The notes: generated by a model from the letters alone, not told the origin. DNA of 64,000 nt from Tubiluchus corallicola (GCA_030141605.1 JAQGDQ010000110.1:434001-498000); one strand, 5' to 3'. Counted from the stretch's first letter, positions 13,880 to 28,166 are shown. Numbers and translations: made by a program.

Positions 13880-14065
13880 AAGCGGTAAATTTGAAATTTG
13901 AATTTTTATCTTAAAACATGCCTAGTTTTAGTAGAATACACTGAATAACTTACAGTAGCACACTATACTTCAATTTTCGCTTTCGTAACACGTGAAATAT
14001 TTTTGCTGTTGAAAATGATGTTAGTTTGTGCGTCATCAGTAGTTGGGCTCGCCCACCGTTAAATA
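13880..14065. mobile_element. Dispersed repeat fragment (non-autonomous element-like); related copy at about 49540-49720 and duplicated copy at about 22057-22242
   Basis: Shared collinear blocks ggtaaatttgaaattt, atacttcaatttt, gctgttgaaaa and cgtcat..tagttgggctcg..ccgttaa at both loci. Confidence 0.7.
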
Positions 14066-14292
14066 AGTTTTTAATCCGTAACTTAATTACCAAAAGGCTT
14101 CGTAGTATTAACTGTGTTAAAATGTATTCTTTTTATCGGACTTGAAAATGGGGTCGTGTGTGAAAAATCATCCTGTCTTCCTTTAATTTTTTCCAAATTG
14201 TTGTCTTTCAGAAAGCAGTTGTTTGTACATGTTTTTGACTGTGACTGTGAGTTTAGACGTTTGAATACTTATAACTAAATTGAAATACGCGT

Positions 14293-14643
14293 GTGTGGCT
14301 GAGATATACGTGTTGAAGAACATGTATACGTGTTTTGTGTATGTGGCAGAGATATACGTGTTGAAGAACATGTATACGTGTTTTGTGTATGTGGCAGAGA
14401 TATACGTGTTGAAGAACATGTATACGTGTTTTGTATATGTGGCAGAGATATACGTGTTGAAGAACATGTATACGTGTTTTGTATATGTGGCAGAGATATA
14501 CGTGTTGAGGAACATGTATACGTGTTTTGTATATGTGGCAGAGATATACGTGTTGAGGAACATGTATACGCGTTTTGTATATGTGACAGAGATATACGTG
14601 TTGAGGAACATGTATACGTGTTTTGTATATGTGGCAGAGATAT
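14293..14643. repeat. 48-bp minisatellite, about 7 units (GTGGCAGAGATATACGTGTTGAAGAACATGTATACGTGTTTTGTATAT)
   Basis: Tandem units visible; 16-aa periodicity in the overlapping ORFs. Second copy at about 22470-22820. Confidence 0.95.
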
Positions 14644-14839
14644 GGAAGATGAGGAACGTGTATTGTTAGATTGTCAGCTTACTGAGCATTTTAGAAACCA
14701 ATCGTTTAATAATATGTTTGATTTAATGAACTCAACAATTACGTTTCGTTGCTTTTGTGCAAACTTTTGAATTTATTTAAATGATAAAGTAGACTTGATA
14801 ATGTTACCTACTCAAGATGGACATTTTTTGCAAGATTGT

Positions 14840-15106
14840 TAACTTTACAGTGTATTTTCCCTCCGTTAATGTCAATTTCATAGTGTATTTTCCCTCTATT
14901 AATGTCAATTTCATAGTGTATTTTCCCTCTGTTAATGTCAATTTCACAGTGTATTTTTCCTCTGTTAATGTCAATTTCATAGTGTATTTTCCCTCTGTTA
15001 ATGTCAATTTCATAGTGTATTTTCCCTCTGTTAATGTCAATTTCATAGTGTATTTTCCCTCTGTTTGTGTCAATTTCATAGTGTATTTTCCCTGTGTTAA
15101 TGTCAA
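14840..15106. repeat. 33-bp minisatellite, about 8 units (TTCATAGTGTATTTTCCCTCTGTTAATGTCAAT)
   Basis: Tandem units visible; 11-aa periodicity in the ORFs. Second copy at about 23017-23283. Confidence 0.95.
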
Positions 15107-18100
15107 CAAATAAACTAACTAACTATTTTGTTATTTTCTATTGTCCTCAGAAAGTCGTCTTCTTGAAAAAATTCGTCGTCTTAGATTTCTTGTCTTTGAC
15201 TTAATGAATAATTCTGAAATTAACAATTACTTTCTTGCACACATGGCTTTGATAAATCATTAATGAGAAAAACCGTGCACAGAATGATGAGTCAAACGTG
15301 GCGTGTGTTGAACAGCTTTGCTTACTGTGTGACGTGCGGTAGAGAAGCCGTTTGTTCAAACAGAGAAGCATTAATTCTGGAGTAAATACATTCATACCCG
15401 CCATTTCTTCAGTTCTGCCTTCTGTTATCCTCTAATTGATATCAGTATTGATTACAAGGACCTGCGCCTCAGCCGAGTCTGTAAGTGTCACAAAGTAAAC
15501 CCACTTGGTACACTTAACTCTCTACTACACATAGCAGGTTACATCGGACCCTGTCCTAAATTGCCCGACGTCGTGTAAAGTATGGGGTTTGGTGAGCATT
15601 GTCAAGCACTTGCGGTTGTAAAACTAGCCTGCAGTGATTCAGAGATCTGAATGGGTGAGAGGTATCTGGACTCTTCTGCAAAATACAAAGATTGGACTGC
15701 ATCTGAAATCACCATAAATAAACTCACCTCAGCTGAGGCAAAATCAGATTCAGTGACGAAGAAAACAATAAGAACTAGGAATAAATCCGCTGGGAGAAAG
15801 TAGTGCGATAGCCAATAAACAGGTTATTACAAAATCTTGGCAGAGGAGGGAGTCGGTGATATTGCATAGTGGCATCAAGCAATGGAAGAAAATGTATACC
15901 ATTCTGTGGCTGCATCCTGCGCGACTACGTGTTGTGTGAGTGTTATATTTTTACGAAAACTATGTCCACTTTGCTTCCCTTGGTGATGCGTTGAAGCCTA
16001 CAACCTAGCTGTCAACTGACCAAAAAGGCAGTTCACAGAGCTGCTATTATTTTATACTGTGGCGATAGTGCCGGCCGGCCGGCGTGTATTTTAGAACGGC
16101 TCATTATCATTCTTGCCTGTGGCTGTGCGTTAAACTAATAAGTAAGACGTACGATTATGAGTGAAATGGTTGTTTGGAAGTACTTTACAAATATGAAAAA
16201 ATGAGTGCGTGGCTGTTTTTGTTTTTAGTTGCCCGCAGTGTTTTGTGCTACGTTGCATTCGTTTATAAGCACTGAGTCCAGAATTGTGATTTAGTTTAAC
16301 AACCGACATTGCTTTAATTAAAGATTTGAACACCACCCGCACGCTTCCATTTTTAATTGATGATGATATAGCGTGAGTTGTCTCCGGGGAGCCTTGGATG
16401 TTGGTTGTTGAAGACTTGTGGCCTGTTGTCTGGCTGCTGGCTAGATTACAATTATTATTGAACCATTTTTGTCGTCTAGTAGCTGCTGCTTCAGACTGTT
16501 CCTATTGATTTTGTTGCTGAAGCTGCAGCTCCTTGGAGAATATAGCATCAGGCGCATCTCTGCTTCTAGTGGTTTGCACAAATAACTCATCAGACATGAT
16601 TCGCTTGAATACAGACATGAGGATGCACTCCATTGGCCTCCAAGTTTTCATCAGCATAGTGTCGTAACCACTATACTGCAGTGTTTCTGTGCTTTTGGCA
16701 AAGTAGTATTTTACAATGCAACCGGTGAGAAATCAAAACTGCATAATAACAAAGTTCAATATAATGGGCTCCAGAAGTCTTCCTTGAGCAATGTCCATAT
16801 ACGTGCAGAAAAGATGCAAATGCAACAAACACAGGTTAAAGGCTGAACTTGTATATAAAGGACCTTCTGTATTAATTAATCTCACCTGGTTCTTTAACCA
16901 GCAATTAAGATTTTGAAAAAAGGAAGTCAAAGGAATTTATAGACCTACTTTACTTTCAGAAAAATTATTTGTTTCATGTAAGCAGCTAAACAAGCTAAAA
17001 GGCATGAAAAAGAAATGCAAGTGCCCGTGAAAAGTAAGATTTGGGCGACTAAGTCGTCCTTTCTGAATTATTTAGGCTACTGGTTTATAAAAACATTTTT
17101 TACGCGTTCAAGCATGATTCTATAGCAGCTTTTCATTTTTGTGACAAGTACCCTGCAAATTTAGTTTACTTACACCCATCCATGGCATTCAAGCTCAAAT
17201 ATTGGTTTAATAATGAGTTCGTGCAGGCTTTTAATACCAACTTGAATCCAGAGCACTTTCTAATTATCGGGAACTTGCTTGGGACTTTGGAAGCCAAAAG
17301 CTCGTTTGTTTGGTTTAACAAGCTCAGCAGGTTCGGAATTGTGCCTGAATATTGAAGGCCAACTCAATTAGCCTTATACTAGTATGCCGTCTAATTCTAT
17401 TATACTTACTGTGCAATTCGGTTTTCTGTCAGATTAACGCTTGTTTTTTGTTGGAATTTTGAGCCTGACTGCGCTTTAGTATAATGTTGTAGTGGGGGTA
17501 AACTTTAATCTCTGGATAAAATGCTGGTATGACGAAAGCTCGTGGTAGGGCTCCGAATACTACGTACGTCCACCGAAAGAAAGTAAAATGATTTTAAAGA
17601 AAGTTGAAAGAATTAATACGGAGGCCTCAAATTCAGTTACTCTTTGGCTGTAGTTCAAGCTTGATATCCATTTGCGAGTGAGTGTGAGCAGTGTAAAAAT
17701 ACGGTTTTCGTATTGAAGAACTTTATGACATCCAACGGAGTTTTAACGAAAGTGTGGATATTTTCATTGAGTAAGGTAAAAAACTGCAGTAATATGTTTA
17801 CATTTTGATTTGTAACTATTTAACTTTTCCACTGCTCGCACAGGCGGGGAGTAGCTGTCTATAAACGCATCAGTTCTTATCTGGGTAGCCACAATCTTAG
17901 CACCCACACCAAGGAATAGACGTTGCCTATTCATCCATCTTGAATCCTGAGGCGACAATTAATGTAAATATGGACAAAACCGTCTGAGCAAACAGTTCCT
18001 CTGCAGTCTCCTTGGAGCACAAATACTGGACCGCATACCTTGGCTTTTTTTCAAATAACATTGATATGACGAAGCAATATAAAGCTGCCGTACTGTTGTG

Positions 18101-19339
18101 GGATGGAGACATTGGCAGATGGTTTTGATAGAACTGTAAAATTTGGGTGTTTGCGTGAAGTTCGCCTGGGAGCTAAAAGAGCAATTAAACAAAGTTCTCA
18201 AGCGGAAAATGCGTTTTATCACACTCCCTGCTGTGAAGGTAGTCTGATCTCGGATAAATGTTTGCAGATTGCATTGGTCTTGAACAGCTCTTGATATAAG
18301 TATGGTGTAATCCAAATAAACACAAAATCAAGTGCTCCTTTCAAGTTCTGATTAGGTGTATGTTATTGAATATATATCCACTAGTAACTAATCGCCTTGA
18401 GGGAGGAGAAAAGCTATTGCAGCCGCCCCAGTGATAGTCTTAAAGCTTCGCCCACGTGATAGTCTTAAAACTTTACTAATGTACTAAATTGGGCAAAAGC
18501 TCTAGTTTAAGAACATTTGTGCATACACGAAACGTCCACCTCTTTGTCAGGATATCATTACGAGGGAACTCTCCGCTCACACCAGACTAGTCTCAGTTAG
18601 TCTAGGAAACGTGAGGGTCTATGACGTAATCTCAATTTTCGTGTTCTGTTTTGTAACAATTTACATGGCTTACATTTTGTATAAACGAAATTAACTTGTG
18701 AGAATATTTTTCGTTCACTCAGCGCAAAAGATTTCAAAAGCTTAGTTGGCTGAGCGAGACAAATCCTACCTGCTCAAATCGTAAATGTCAAAAGAATTGT
18801 TTACAGATTATATAGCCCTAATTTACATGAGAAACGAAGACAAGAGCGGGATGTTGTCCTTTTCATGATTCGGGCACATTGCTTCGTTATTCATGATCCG
18901 GGCAAGTCGCTTTCATACAGTGATCTGCAGCTTTTCTGGCAGTCACGAAACTTTACTGAAAACGGTTTTCTGTGCCACTTACTGGCATTAGCGATTGACT
19001 GATGGGAAATTTCTGCGTTTGCATCTGAGTGGTGCCAGGCTGGAATAAATATTTAATACACTCGGAGAATACTCAAGTGCATATCAGTAATACAGTAGTT
19101 AGTTCTTGTTACACGGATGCCGCGAACCTGTTGACATTTTAATGTCTTCAATATAATATAAACAGTTTTTATGACCATGACGAGAATATCTAGGTTGTAT
19201 ACATGTAACAGCTATAATGATGAGAAAGAGTTATTGCTTATTGGGTAAATTTACTTTCACCTGTTATGAGGTTATAAAGCTGAATGCGTGAAATAGATAA
19301 TTAAATTCACGTTCGTTAATTCAACACACTTGTGCTGAT

Positions 19340-19525
19340 TAATGAACAATGACTGTATAGAATCCTTGTAGTAACACTTTTGGCTGCTGAAAAATGATTA
19401 TGCAGAATTCATGTGGAAGAATGCTTACCAGAGCACAATGATTGTGTAGAATTCTTGTGGGAGCAGTGTTGACTATATTGAACAATGATCGTGCTGAATC
19501 AATGTGGTAGCAGTGCTAACTGCAG
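19340..19525. repeat. Degenerate tandem repeat of about 45 bp, about 4 units (gaacaatgat..tgtagaattc.tgtgg.agcagtg)
   Basis: Recurring aatga(c/t)...gaat(t/c)c..gt blocks; second copy at about 27517-27702. Confidence 0.65.
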
Positions 19526-22469
19526 GACGATGTTTGTAGTATTAGTGTTGGGCAGATTCCTAGTTTTCTATTTTGTATTTTGTTGAAGACGTTGCATGCG
19601 TTTCTGGTTTCTGATTCTTGGATCACTTATCAAGGATCCCTGCAGGCTTAATTCATGATTTTTTTATAAGCGGCAAATTCATACTAGTAACTAATTTGCC
19701 ACCTTGACTTGAGTGCTCTAGGCTGAGTGTCGAGAATTTCGTGCTTTTAAAATGAAAGAATGAGCCATTTCGTGTAGCTTTTACTTTACAACTGCAATTC
19801 AGGATGCTTTATCTGTTTATTATGGGATTCAGTAGCAGCGGATGTATTCAGTGAAAGTATTATGGTTAGTACTTAGTAAGCAAACCTACTATAACATAAT
19901 GAGCAGGATGCAACAAACATAATGAACAGTTTGCAACAAACATAATGAGCAAGATGCAACAAACATAATGAGCAGGTTGCACGGCTAAATTTTAATACGC
20001 AATAATTTTTGATGCTCACGTATTTGAAAAAACTGTTAAATAGAAATATTAAAGGAATATTAGAACTGAGTCATTAGGAATCGTTTGAGAGTGAATTATG
20101 AACAGTCAAAATCAAGAGCGACTGCTATGCTTTAAGACTAATAGAGGGCTACATACATATGGTCAGAGAATGTATTATCCGCTACGCTTAATGGTGCTGT
20201 AGAAATGTGAATCCCGTTGATCATTTCTCTGTGGGACACTTTCATGTGTATGAGTTCTTCTTTAGCGAGCCATTCCGCCCACTGGCTAGAAAACTTTTGT
20301 TTTAGGTCGCTTACGTTATTCAAAAGCGAGATAGTTTCAAATTTTAAAAAACTTAAACTTTTCTGCAATTCTTTTAGGTTGTTGTGCTTAATTTACTTAT
20401 ATACATGTAAACACCAGTGCCCTTTACACACTGGCTATAATCAATCAACGAAAAAGTTCCTACATGTACTTTAATAGTACAAGCAATGATATTAAATTTT
20501 GTTTTTCCTATCGTCATCGCTTTGCGGATGACAAATTATTTCAGTGCAGTAAAACTGTATGAAATATCATTTTTCTTGGCTTCATATCCAAGTTATTAAA
20601 ATTTGATTCATCCATTCATTAGCTGTGCTACAGTTAATCATCTTGGTCTATTGCTTTTCGCAAATTTGCGTTAAATTTTTGTGATTAATGCATCGAGGCT
20701 CGTAAGGGGATGCTGGACTTGAGATACTTTGCTTTCTGAACAGCTGTCTCGCGGTAGCAATAAATGTGTCTTAATCATTTTTTAATTTTGCAAAATTGTA
20801 CGTTTGAACCGAAGTTAAGCAATGCTCAGCATGATTAAAGAATGGATGAGTGACCGCCCAAAAATTGGCTTTAGGGCATTTCCTACTGACATATTTGCCT
20901 TCAGTTATTTCTGTCGTTAAAGAAAGATGCATCTGAACTTAGTTGAAACCTCAGCTGGTTCAGTATCGCTGCCTTAAAGGTTCTACCACATCTGTCTGCA
21001 TTAAAGAGCTTTGCCAAATTGTGAGTGATTTTCTCCTGATTTGTGCTGCACTTGTTTACTACGAAACTTATATGAGTTATATATGAAGTCATATATGTGC
21101 TGAATTTATTATCCTACTTGTTTTTGCTGTAATTGTGTTGTACACGGTTGCTTAGCCGCCTGTAGTCACCACCTCCCCCTTCCGCACCCAATTATAGCTA
21201 GGTATTTGACTCTGCTTTGTGTGCAAATTTGCTGAAACAGAGTGTGATATATATAGCATGATTCAAATGTGTTAAAAATGGGGAAAGTTGAAAGTAAAAG
21301 TTCTAAACAGGTTATAAAGCCATACCAGTTCAAAAAGGGTTGAAACATTATGCCTAGTTTAAATGTGAAAGGTTTGGCAAAGAGCCAAACTGAAAGAGAT
21401 TCATGTTTTGCATTATGGTAGTGTTTACTAGTTTTACTGTTTTGATGTGACGATTATAGCCAAGTACCCATGTGTTAGGATACTTTTGTGCAATATCATA
21501 ATGTCACAATTTTATAATTTTTTATTTAGTCAAAGGCAAAGTATCTTAGGTGACGAATTTTTTTAAGAAGGCGACTTTGAAGAAGAAAAATTAAACTTAT
21601 TAGAAATTATATACTTTGCATTTTTGTGCCAATCTAGAACGTTTTATATCGAGTAATATGAAAAGATACGTTTTTGAACAATGAGAACGTTATGCATGAA
21701 AATTCAAACCTGTCTAGTTACACAACCACCCCATCGCGGCATCTCTCCATACTATATACATCTTGCCTCTGACATCTTTCAAATCTCAAGATTGGGGTTT
21801 ATTATTTAATAATAAATAATTAATAGTCCTACAGCTCTATTCATTTAGCACTCTTTTCCTAGCTTACCTTTTTTGTGTTTTACACAGGTGTGCTTGTATA
21901 ACATTTGCTGTATCTCTGACTTCCACATTTAGTTTTCACCTAGTCCTATGTTTAAAGCAAGACCCGATCTTAAATTGTAGGTCAAAACAATCTACTCTTT
22001 AAAATATGGAAAGGAAACATACTATTTTTTCAGTTCAGATGTGTTAGTTTATGATGAAGCGGTAAATTTGAAATTTGAATTTTTATCTTAAAACATGCCT
22101 AGTTTTAGTAGAATACACTGAATAACTTACAGTAGCACACTATACTTCAATTTTCGCTTTCGTAACACGTGAAATATTTTTGCTGTTGAAAATGATGTTA
22201 GTTTGTGCGTCATCAGTAGTTGGGCTCGCCCACCGTTAAATAAGTTTTTAATCCGTAACTTAATTACCAAAAGGCTTCGTAGTATTAACTGTGTTAAAAT
22301 GTATTCTTTTTATCGGACTTGAAAATGGGGTAGTGTGTGAAAAATCATCCTGTCTTCCTTTAATTTTTTCCAAATTGTTGTCTTTCAGAAAGCAGTTGTT
22401 TGTACATGTTTTTGACTGTGACTGTGAGTTTAGACGTTTGAATACTTATAACTAAATTGAAATACGTGT

Positions 22470-22820
22470 GTGTGGCTGAGATATACGTGTTGAAGAACAT
22501 GTATACGTGTTTTGTGTATGTGGCAGAGATATACGTGTTGAAGAACATGTATACGTGTTTTGTGTATGTGGCAGAGATATACGTGTTGAAGAACATGTAT
22601 ACGTGTTTTGTATATGTGGCAGAGATATACGTGTTGAAGAACATGTATACGTGTTTTGTATATGTGGCAGAGATATACGTGTTGAGGAACATGTATACGT
22701 GTTTTGTATATGTGGCAGAGATATACGTGTTGAGGAACATGTATACGCGTTTTGTATATGTGACAGAGATATACGTGTTGAGGAACATGTATACGTGTTT
22801 TGTATATGTGGCAGAGATAT
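22470..22820. repeat. 48-bp minisatellite (copy in duplicated segment)
   Basis: Same array as 14293-14643 at +8177. Confidence 0.95.
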
Positions 22821-23016
22821 GGAAGATGAGGAACGTGTATTGTTAGATTGTCAGCTTACTGAGCATTTTAGAAACCAATCGTTTAATAATATGTTTGATT
22901 TAATGAACTCAACAATTACGTTTCGTTGCTTTTGTGCAAACTTTTGAATTTATTTAAATGATAAAGTAGACTTGATAATGTTACCTACTCAAGATGGACA
23001 TTTTTTGCAAGATTGT

Positions 23017-23283
23017 TAACTTTACAGTGTATTTTCCCTCCGTTAATGTCAATTTCATAGTGTATTTTCCCTCTATTAATGTCAATTTCATAGTGTATTT
23101 TCCCTCTGTTAATGTCAATTTCACAGTGTATTTTTCCTCTGTTAATGTCAATTTCATAGTGTATTTTCCCTCTGTTAATGTCAATTTCATAGTGTATTTT
23201 CCCTCTGTTAATGTCAATTTCATAGTGTATTTTCCCTCTGTTTGTGTCAATTTCATAGTGTATTTTCCCTGTGTTAATGTCAA
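23017..23283. repeat. 33-bp minisatellite (copy in duplicated segment)
   Basis: Same array as 14840-15106 at +8177. Confidence 0.95.
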
Positions 23284-26200
23284 CAAATAAACTAACTAAC
23301 TATTTTGTTATTTTCTATTGTCCTCAGAAAGTCGTCTTCTTGAAAAAATTCGTCGTCTTAGATTTCTTGTCTTTGACTTAATGAATAATTCTGAAATTAA
23401 CAATTACTTTCTTGCACACATGGCTTTGATAAATCATTAATGAGAAAAACCGTGCACAGAATGATGAGTCAAACGTGGCGTGTGTTGAACAGCTTTGCTT
23501 ACTGTGTGACGTGCGGTAGAGAAGCCGTTTGTTCAAACAGAGAAGCATTAATTCTGGAGTAAATACATTCATACCCGCCATTTCTTCAGTTCTGCCTTCT
23601 GTTATCCTCTAATTGATATCAGTATTGATTACAAGGACCTGCGCCTCAGCCGAGTCTGTAAGTGTCACAAAGTAAACCCACTTGGTACACTTAACTCTCT
23701 ACTACACATAGCAGGTTACATCGGACCCTGTCCTAAATTGCCCGACGTCGTGTAAAGTATGGGGTTTGGTGAGCATTGTCAAGCACTTGCGGTTGTAAAA
23801 CTAGCCTGCAGTGATTCAGAGATCTGAATGGGTGAGAGGTATCTGGACTCTTCTGCAAAATACAAAGATTGGACTGCATCTGAAATCACCATAAATAAAC
23901 TCACCTCAGCTGAGGCAAAATCAGATTCAGTGACGAAGAAAACAATAAGAACTAGGAATAAATCCGCTGGGAGAAAGTAGTGCGATAGCCAATAAACAGG
24001 TTATTACAAAATCTTGGCAGAGGAGGGAGTCGGTGATATTGCATAGTGGCATCAAGCAATGGAAGAAAATGTATACCATTCTGTGGCTGCATCGTGCGCG
24101 ACTACGTGTTGTGTGAGTGTTATATTTTTACGAAAACTATGTCCACTTTGCTTCCCTTGGTGATGCGTTGAAGCCTACAACCTAGCTGTCAACTGACCAA
24201 AAAGGCAGTTCACAGAGCTGCTATTATTTTATACTGTGGCGATAGTGCCGGCCGGCCGGCGTGTATTTTAGAACGGCTCATTATCATTCTTGCCTGTGGC
24301 TGTGCGTTAAACTAATAAGTAAGACGTACGATTATGAGTGAAATGGTTGTTTGGAAGTACTTTACAAATATGAAAAAATGAGTGCGTGGCTGTTTTTGTT
24401 TTTAGTTGCCCGCAGTGTTTTGTGCTACGTTGCATTCGTTTATAAGCACTGAGTCCAGAATTGTGATTTAGTTTAACAACCGACATTGCTTTAATTAAAG
24501 ATTTGAACACCACCCGCACGCTTCCATTTTTAATTGATGATGATATAGCGTGAGTTGTCTCCGGGGAGCCTTGGATGTTGGTTGTTGAAGACTTGTGGCC
24601 TGTTGTCTGGCTGCTGGCTAGATTACAATTATTATTGAACCATTTTTGTCGTCTAGTAGCTGCTGCTTCAGACTGTTCCTATTGATTTTGTTGCTGAAGC
24701 TGCAGCTCCTTGGAGAATATAGCATCAGGCGCATCTCTGCTTCTAGTGGTTTGCACAAATAACTCATCAGACATGATTCGCTTGAATACAGACATGAGGA
24801 TGCACTCCATTGGCCTCCAAGTTTTCATCAGCATAGTGTCGTAACCACTATACTGCAGTGTTTCTGTGCTTTTGGCAAAGTAGTATTTTACAATGCAACC
24901 GGTGAGAAATCAAAACTGCATAATAACAAAGTTCAATATAATGGGCTCCAGAAGTCTTCCTTGAGCAATGTCCATATACGTGCAGAAAAGATGCAAATGC
25001 AACAAACACAGGTTAAAGGCTGAACTTGTATATAAAGGACCTTCTGTATTAATTAATCTCACCTGGTTCTTTAACCAGCAATTAAGATTTTGAAAAAAGG
25101 AAGTCAAAGGAATTTATAGACCTACTTTACTTTCAGAAAAATTATTTGTTTCATGTAAGCAGCTAAACAAGCTAAAAGGCATGAAAAAGAAATGCAAGTG
25201 CCCGTGAAAAGTAAGATTTGGGCGACTAAGTCGTCCTTTCTGAATTATTTAGGCTACTGGTTTATAAAAACATTTTTTACGCGTTCAAGCATGATTCTAT
25301 AGCAGCTTTTCATTTTTGTGACAAGTACCCTGCAAATTTAGTTTACTTACACCCATCCATGGCATTCAAGCTCAAATATTGGTTTAATAATGAGTTCGTG
25401 CAGGCTTTTAATACCAACTTGAATCCAGAGCACTTTCTAATTATCGGGAACTTGCTTGGGACTTTGGAAGCCAAAAGCTCGTTTGTTTGGTTTAACAAGC
25501 TCAGCAGGTTCGGAATTGTGCCTGAATATTGAAGGCCAACTCAATTAGCCTTATACTAGTATGCCGTCTAATTCTATTATACTTACTGTGCAATTCGGTT
25601 TTCTGTCAGATTAACGCTTGTTTTTTGTTGGAATTTTGAGCCTGACTGCGCTTTAGTATAATGTTGTAGTGGGGGTAAACTTTAATCTCTGGATAAAATG
25701 CTGGTATGACGAAAGCTCGTGGTAGGGCTCCGAATACTACGTACGTCCACCGAAAGAAAGTAAAATGATTTTAAAGAAAGTTGAAAGAATTAATACGGAG
25801 GCCTCAAATTCAGTTACTCTTTGGCTGTAGTTCAAGCTTGATATCCATTTGCGAGTGAGTGTGAGCAGTGTAAAAATACGGTTTTCGTATTGAAGAACTT
25901 TATGACATCCAACGGAGTTTTAACGAAAGTGTGGATATTTTCATTGAGTAAGGTAAAAAACTGCAGTAATATGTTTACATTTTGATTTGTAACTATTTAA
26001 CTTTTCCACTGCTCGCACAGGCGGGGAGTAGCTGTCTATAAACGCATCAGTTCTTATCTGGGTAGCCACAATCTTAGCACCCACACCAAGGAATAGACGT
26101 TGCCTATTCATCCATCTTGAATCCTGAGGCGACAATTAATGTAAATATGGACAAAACCGTCTGAGCAAACAGTTCCTCTGCAGTCTCCTTGGAGCACAAA

Positions 26201-28066
26201 TACTGGACCGCATACCTTGGCTTTTTTTCAAATAACATTGATATGACGAAGCAATATAAAGCTGCCGTACTGTTGTGGGATGGAGACATTGGCAGATGGT
26301 TTTGATAGAACTGTAAAATTTGGGTGTTTGCGTGAAGTTCGCCTGGGAGCTAAAAGAGCAATTAAACAAAGTTCTCAAGCGGAAAATGCGTTTTATCACA
26401 CTCCCTGCTGTGAAGGTAGTCTGATCTCGGATAAATGTTTGCAGATTGCATTGGTCTTGAACAGCTCTTGATATAAGTATGGTGTAATCCAAATAAACAC
26501 AAAATCAAGTGCTCCTTTCAAGTTCTGATTAGGTGTATGTTATTGAATATATATCCACTAGTAACTAATCGCCTTGAGGGAGGAGAAAAGCTATTGCAGC
26601 CGCCCCAGTGATAGTCTTAAAGCTTCGCCCACGTGATAGTCTTAAAACTTTACTAATGTACTAAATTGGGCAAAAGCTCTAGTTTAAGAACATTTGTGCA
26701 TACACGAAACGTCCACCTCTTTGTCAGGATATCATTACGAGGGAACTCTCCGCTCACACCAGACTAGTCTCAGTTAGTCTAGGAAACGTGAGGGTCTATG
26801 ACGTAATCTCAATTTTCGTGTTCTGTTTTGTAACAATTTACATGGCTTACATTTTGTATAAACGAAATTAACTTGTGAGAATATTTTTCGTTCACTCAGC
26901 GCAAAAGATTTCAAAAGCTTAGTTGGCTGAGCGAGACAAATCCTACCTGCTCAAATCGTAAATGTCAAAAGAATTGTTTACAGATTATATAGCCCTAATT
27001 TACATGAGAAACGAAGACAAGAGCGGGATGTTGTCCTTTTCATGATTCGGGCACATTGCTTCGTTATTCATGATCCGGGCAAGTCGCTTTCATACAGTGA
27101 TCTGCAGCTTTTCTGGCAGTCACGAAACTTTACTGAAAACGGTTTTCTGTGCCACTTACTGGCATTAGCGATTGACTGATGGGAAATTTCTGCGTTTGCA
27201 TCTGAGTGGTGCCAGGCTGGAATAAATATTTAATACACTCGGAGAATACTCAAGTGCATATCAGTAATACAGTAGTTAGTTCTTGTTACACGGATGCCGC
27301 GAACCTGTTGACATTTTAATGTCTTCAATATAATATAAACAGTTTTTATGACCATGACGAGAATATCTAGGTTGTATACATGTAACAGCTATAATGATGA
27401 GAAAGAGTTATTGCTTATTGGGTAAATTTACTTTCACCTGTTATGAGGTTATAAAGCTGAATGCGTGAAATAGATAATTAAATTCACGTTCGTTAATTCA
27501 ACACACTTGTGCTGATTAATGAACAATGACTGTATAGAATCCTTGTAGTAACACTTTTGGCTGCTGAAAAATGATTATGCAGAATTCATGTGGAAGAATG
27601 CTTACCAGAGCACAATGATTGTGTAGAATTCTTGTGGGAGCAGTGTTGACTATATTGAACAATGATCGTGCTGAATCAATGTGGTAGCAGTGCTAACTGC
27701 AGGACGATGTTTGTAGTATTAGTGTTGGGCAGATTCCTAGTTTTCTATTTTGTATTTTGTTGAAGACGTTGCATGCGTTTCTGGTTTCTGATTCTTGGAT
27801 CACTTATCAAGGATCCCTGCAGGCTTAATTCATGATTTTTTTATAAGCGGCAAATTCATACTAGTAACTAATTTGCCACCTTGACTTGAGTGCTCTAGGC
27901 TGAGTGTCGAGAATTTCGTGCTTTTAAAATGAAAGAATGAGCCATTTCGTGTAGCTTTTACTTTACAACTGCAATTCAGGATGCTTTATCTGTTTATTAT
28001 GGGATTCAGTAGCAGCGGATGTATTCAGTGAAAGTATTATGGTTAGTACTTAGTAAGCAAACCTAC

Positions 28067-28166
28067 NNNNNNNNNNNNNNNNNNNNNNNNNNNNNNNNNN
28101 NNNNNNNNNNNNNNNNNNNNNNNNNNNNNNNNNNNNNNNNNNNNNNNNNNNNNNNNNNNNNNNNNN
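28067..28166. other. Assembly gap, 100 N (placeholder of unknown size)
   Basis: Exactly 100 Ns. Confidence 0.99.

Larger units (their letters stand above)
11716..19892. repeat. 8177-bp tandem segmental duplication, copy 1
   Basis: Every ORF in 11961-18315 recurs at a constant +8177 offset; the sequences match by eye apart from a few substitutions. Confidence 0.97.
19893..28066. repeat. 8177-bp tandem segmental duplication, copy 2 (ends at assembly gap)
   Basis: Begins aacataatgagcaggatgc (matches 11716) and ends aagcaaacctac (matches 19889) immediately before the Ns. Confidence 0.97.

Noticed and set aside
14183-15113. ORFs with 16-aa and 11-aa repeats on both strands (also at 22360-23290)
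   Set aside because: Translations of 48-bp and 33-bp minisatellites, open on both strands, with no splice support.
16130-16660. Minus-strand frame open for about 170 codons with a single stop
   Set aside because: No recognisable motif or splice boundaries; cannot be distinguished from chance or an unclassifiable TE remnant.
17528-17575. Hammerhead-ribozyme-like stretch atgacgaaagctcgtggtagggctccgaatac
   Set aside because: A stem-II-like hairpin is present, but the CUGANGA and GAAA core boxes are both mismatched and no stems I/III were found.
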